NCBI RefSeq assembly: GCF_032444005.1
Contig: NC_091289.1
Span: forward strand, 64,852,001-64,916,000
Length of the DNA stretch: 64,000 nt
Direction: 5' to 3'
Source: Ranitomeya imitator
Taxonomy: Eukaryota
The position numbers and the translations under genes were made by a program. Below, piece after piece: positions 62,002 through 64,000 of the stretch (its first letter is position 1; every line of letters begins with the position of its first letter). The notes under the pieces were generated by a model that worked only from the letters and a program-made list of their open reading frames with translations, had not been told where the DNA came from and ran no database searches.

Positions 62002-63177
62002 CCACTATAAGAATTGAAGCAGCAAACATTGTGAAAAACAAAAAGTTGTCAGTCTCAAAGCTTTTGGCCACGCTATGTATAGTCTCTTTGGTACCTCTTG
62101 TTCGCAGTATGGCAAAAAAAACCCTCTTTATTGTGTCAACCACTGTTTTTCTGTTTGATTCGATGTGAATAAAAAAAATGCCTTCCTATGGAACCTTCAA
62201 GCATATGGAGGCACAGTCCGCAGAATTCCATAGGTGCCATTTGTTACTGGTCGTACAGAGCTGTAATACAGCCGTGTGCTTGAGCCCTTTAACTGGCCTC
62301 ATTTCTAGGGCCCCGGCAGCCATTCTCTTCTGTCTTTCACCATGGTTAGGTTTTTTTTGTCCTGTACTTTGTTCAAAAGACAGAAAAATACTAAATAAAT
62401 ATATATAGTTGCAAAGTAATTTGATACAAATTTTTCCAAATATTGTTGCGACTTTGTAAACTTTCCTTTTCTATTAGGTTGTATTTTTCACAGAAGGCGA
62501 GTTTGACTTGAAAGCCATGCATCTGTGTAGCTCCTTTGTATCTACTCTTTTGGTATTAGTACTGTACATTTCCTCCAAATGTTAGTGTTTCAGACATAAC
62601 AGAGCTAACCTATGGATCCGGCAATATGATATAGGTCTGACCTCATCCTGTTATATATCCCACTGACCGAATCGGCCCCAGACCACCTTATTATGGCAGC
62701 ATGTTGGATATCGGCTAGATATACGGTTCTCTAATATATGCTGAAAAGCATTGGTCTCACTTGTTTATATGACATTGTTCATTTTGCCTTTAACCTATAA
62801 TTTAACATTATGAACATTTCTTGTTCTTTTTTAAGCTTGTACATATCTATGAATTGTATAATAAAAACAGCAATACTGTGTTATGGTAAATATATTCATT
62901 AACCTACAGGTTATTTGCAATGTGTGGAAAACATATAAAACTTGTTTCTATTTTAAGTAGAATAAAATACACATTTTGCCAAGAAATCTATTGTTTTTTT
63001 TTCTATTGCTTTATTTTTTTTGTGCACTCCTGTTTGCTGGGCCGCGCACTGTTCTGGGGTCTATTGAGCGATCAGTAAGGGTCTAAGAGGCTTGATTCCT
63101 CCCTCCGCACCAACCTCCAGGCAATTAAAGGGACTCCACATATGAAAAATCTAAGTCAAAGTTTAGATACTCTTTAA

Positions 63178-64000
63178 CCCCTTCCCACACACAGCCTGTT
63201 TTCACCTTCCTGACTATGCCAATTTTTACAATTCGTGCCACTGTCACTTTGATGTAACTCTGGAAAGCTTCAATGAATCTGGGTGATTGAGATTGTTTTC
63301 TCGTGACATATTGTACTTCATGTTAGTGGTAACATTTCTCAGATATTACTTACATTTATTTGTGAAAAAAAAACAAATTTCGCAAAAATTTTAAACATTT
63401 TGCAATTTTCAAACGTTTAAATTTTATGCCCTTAAATCAGTCATATCACACAATATAGTTAATAAATAACATTTCCCACATGTCTACTTTACATCAGCAC
63501 AATTTTTCAAACATTATTTTTGTTTTGTTAGGAAGTTAAGGGTTAAAAGTTGACCAGCGATTTCTCATTTTTACAACAAAATTTGCAAAACCATTTTTTT
63601 TGAGGGCCTATATGACAGAAAATACACAAGTGACACCGTTCTAAAAACTGCACCCCTCAAGGTGCTCAAAACCACATTCAAGAAGTTTATTAACCCTTCA
63701 GGTGCTTCACAGGAATTAATGGAATGTGGAAGGAAAAAAAAAATAGCTCTAAAGGAAAATTTTTGATACTTTCGTAAGGTAATAGGAGAAAATGGACTAT
63801 ACAGTTTGTTGTGAAATTTGTCCTGAGTATGTCGATACCCCATATGTAGGGGAAAACCACTGTTTGGGCGCACGGCAGAGCTTGGAAGAGAAGGAGCGCC
63901 GTTTCACTTTTTGAATGTAAAACTTGGTGGCATAATTAGGGGACGCCATGTCATGTTTGGAGAGCTCCTGATGTTCCTAAATAGTGGACCCCCCCCCCCC
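63178..64000. mobile_element. TTAA-family element running off the window end
   Basis: ttaa|ccccttccca...; reverse-complement similarity to about 33960-34894. Confidence 0.7.

Overview
This is eukaryotic (vertebrate) genomic DNA, not prokaryotic. The repeat landscape suggests a frog, but that is inference. The window holds coding exons 2-19 of SREBF2 (SREBP-2) on the + strand (6235-55323); exon 1 lies upstream of the window. The 18 exons have GT-AG boundaries and consistent phases, and they join into one frame of 3251 nt (2 nt + 1083 codons including TGA). Intron 16 carries a miR-33 hairpin whose mature sequence (GUGCAUUGUUGUUGCAUUGCA) matches neither human miR-33a nor miR-33b. The introns are rich in mobile DNA. 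They contain a full-length DIRS1-type tyrosine-recombinase retroelement (ITRs, ICR, gag, RT-RNaseH-MT, intact YR) starting 16 nt after the exon 5 donor, a 5'-truncated CR1 LINE with an open RT frame, a decayed Tc1, a split tRNA-derived SINE, Penelope-like remnants with hammerhead-like cores, and many TTAA- and TWA-target MITEs. Four minisatellite arrays (19, 72, 53 and 37 bp units, about 9 kb in total) are also present, two of them inside MITEs. I found no clearly new gene system. The most promising leads are TE- and repeat-derived splice signals that could alter SREBF2 processing, and the variant miR-33.
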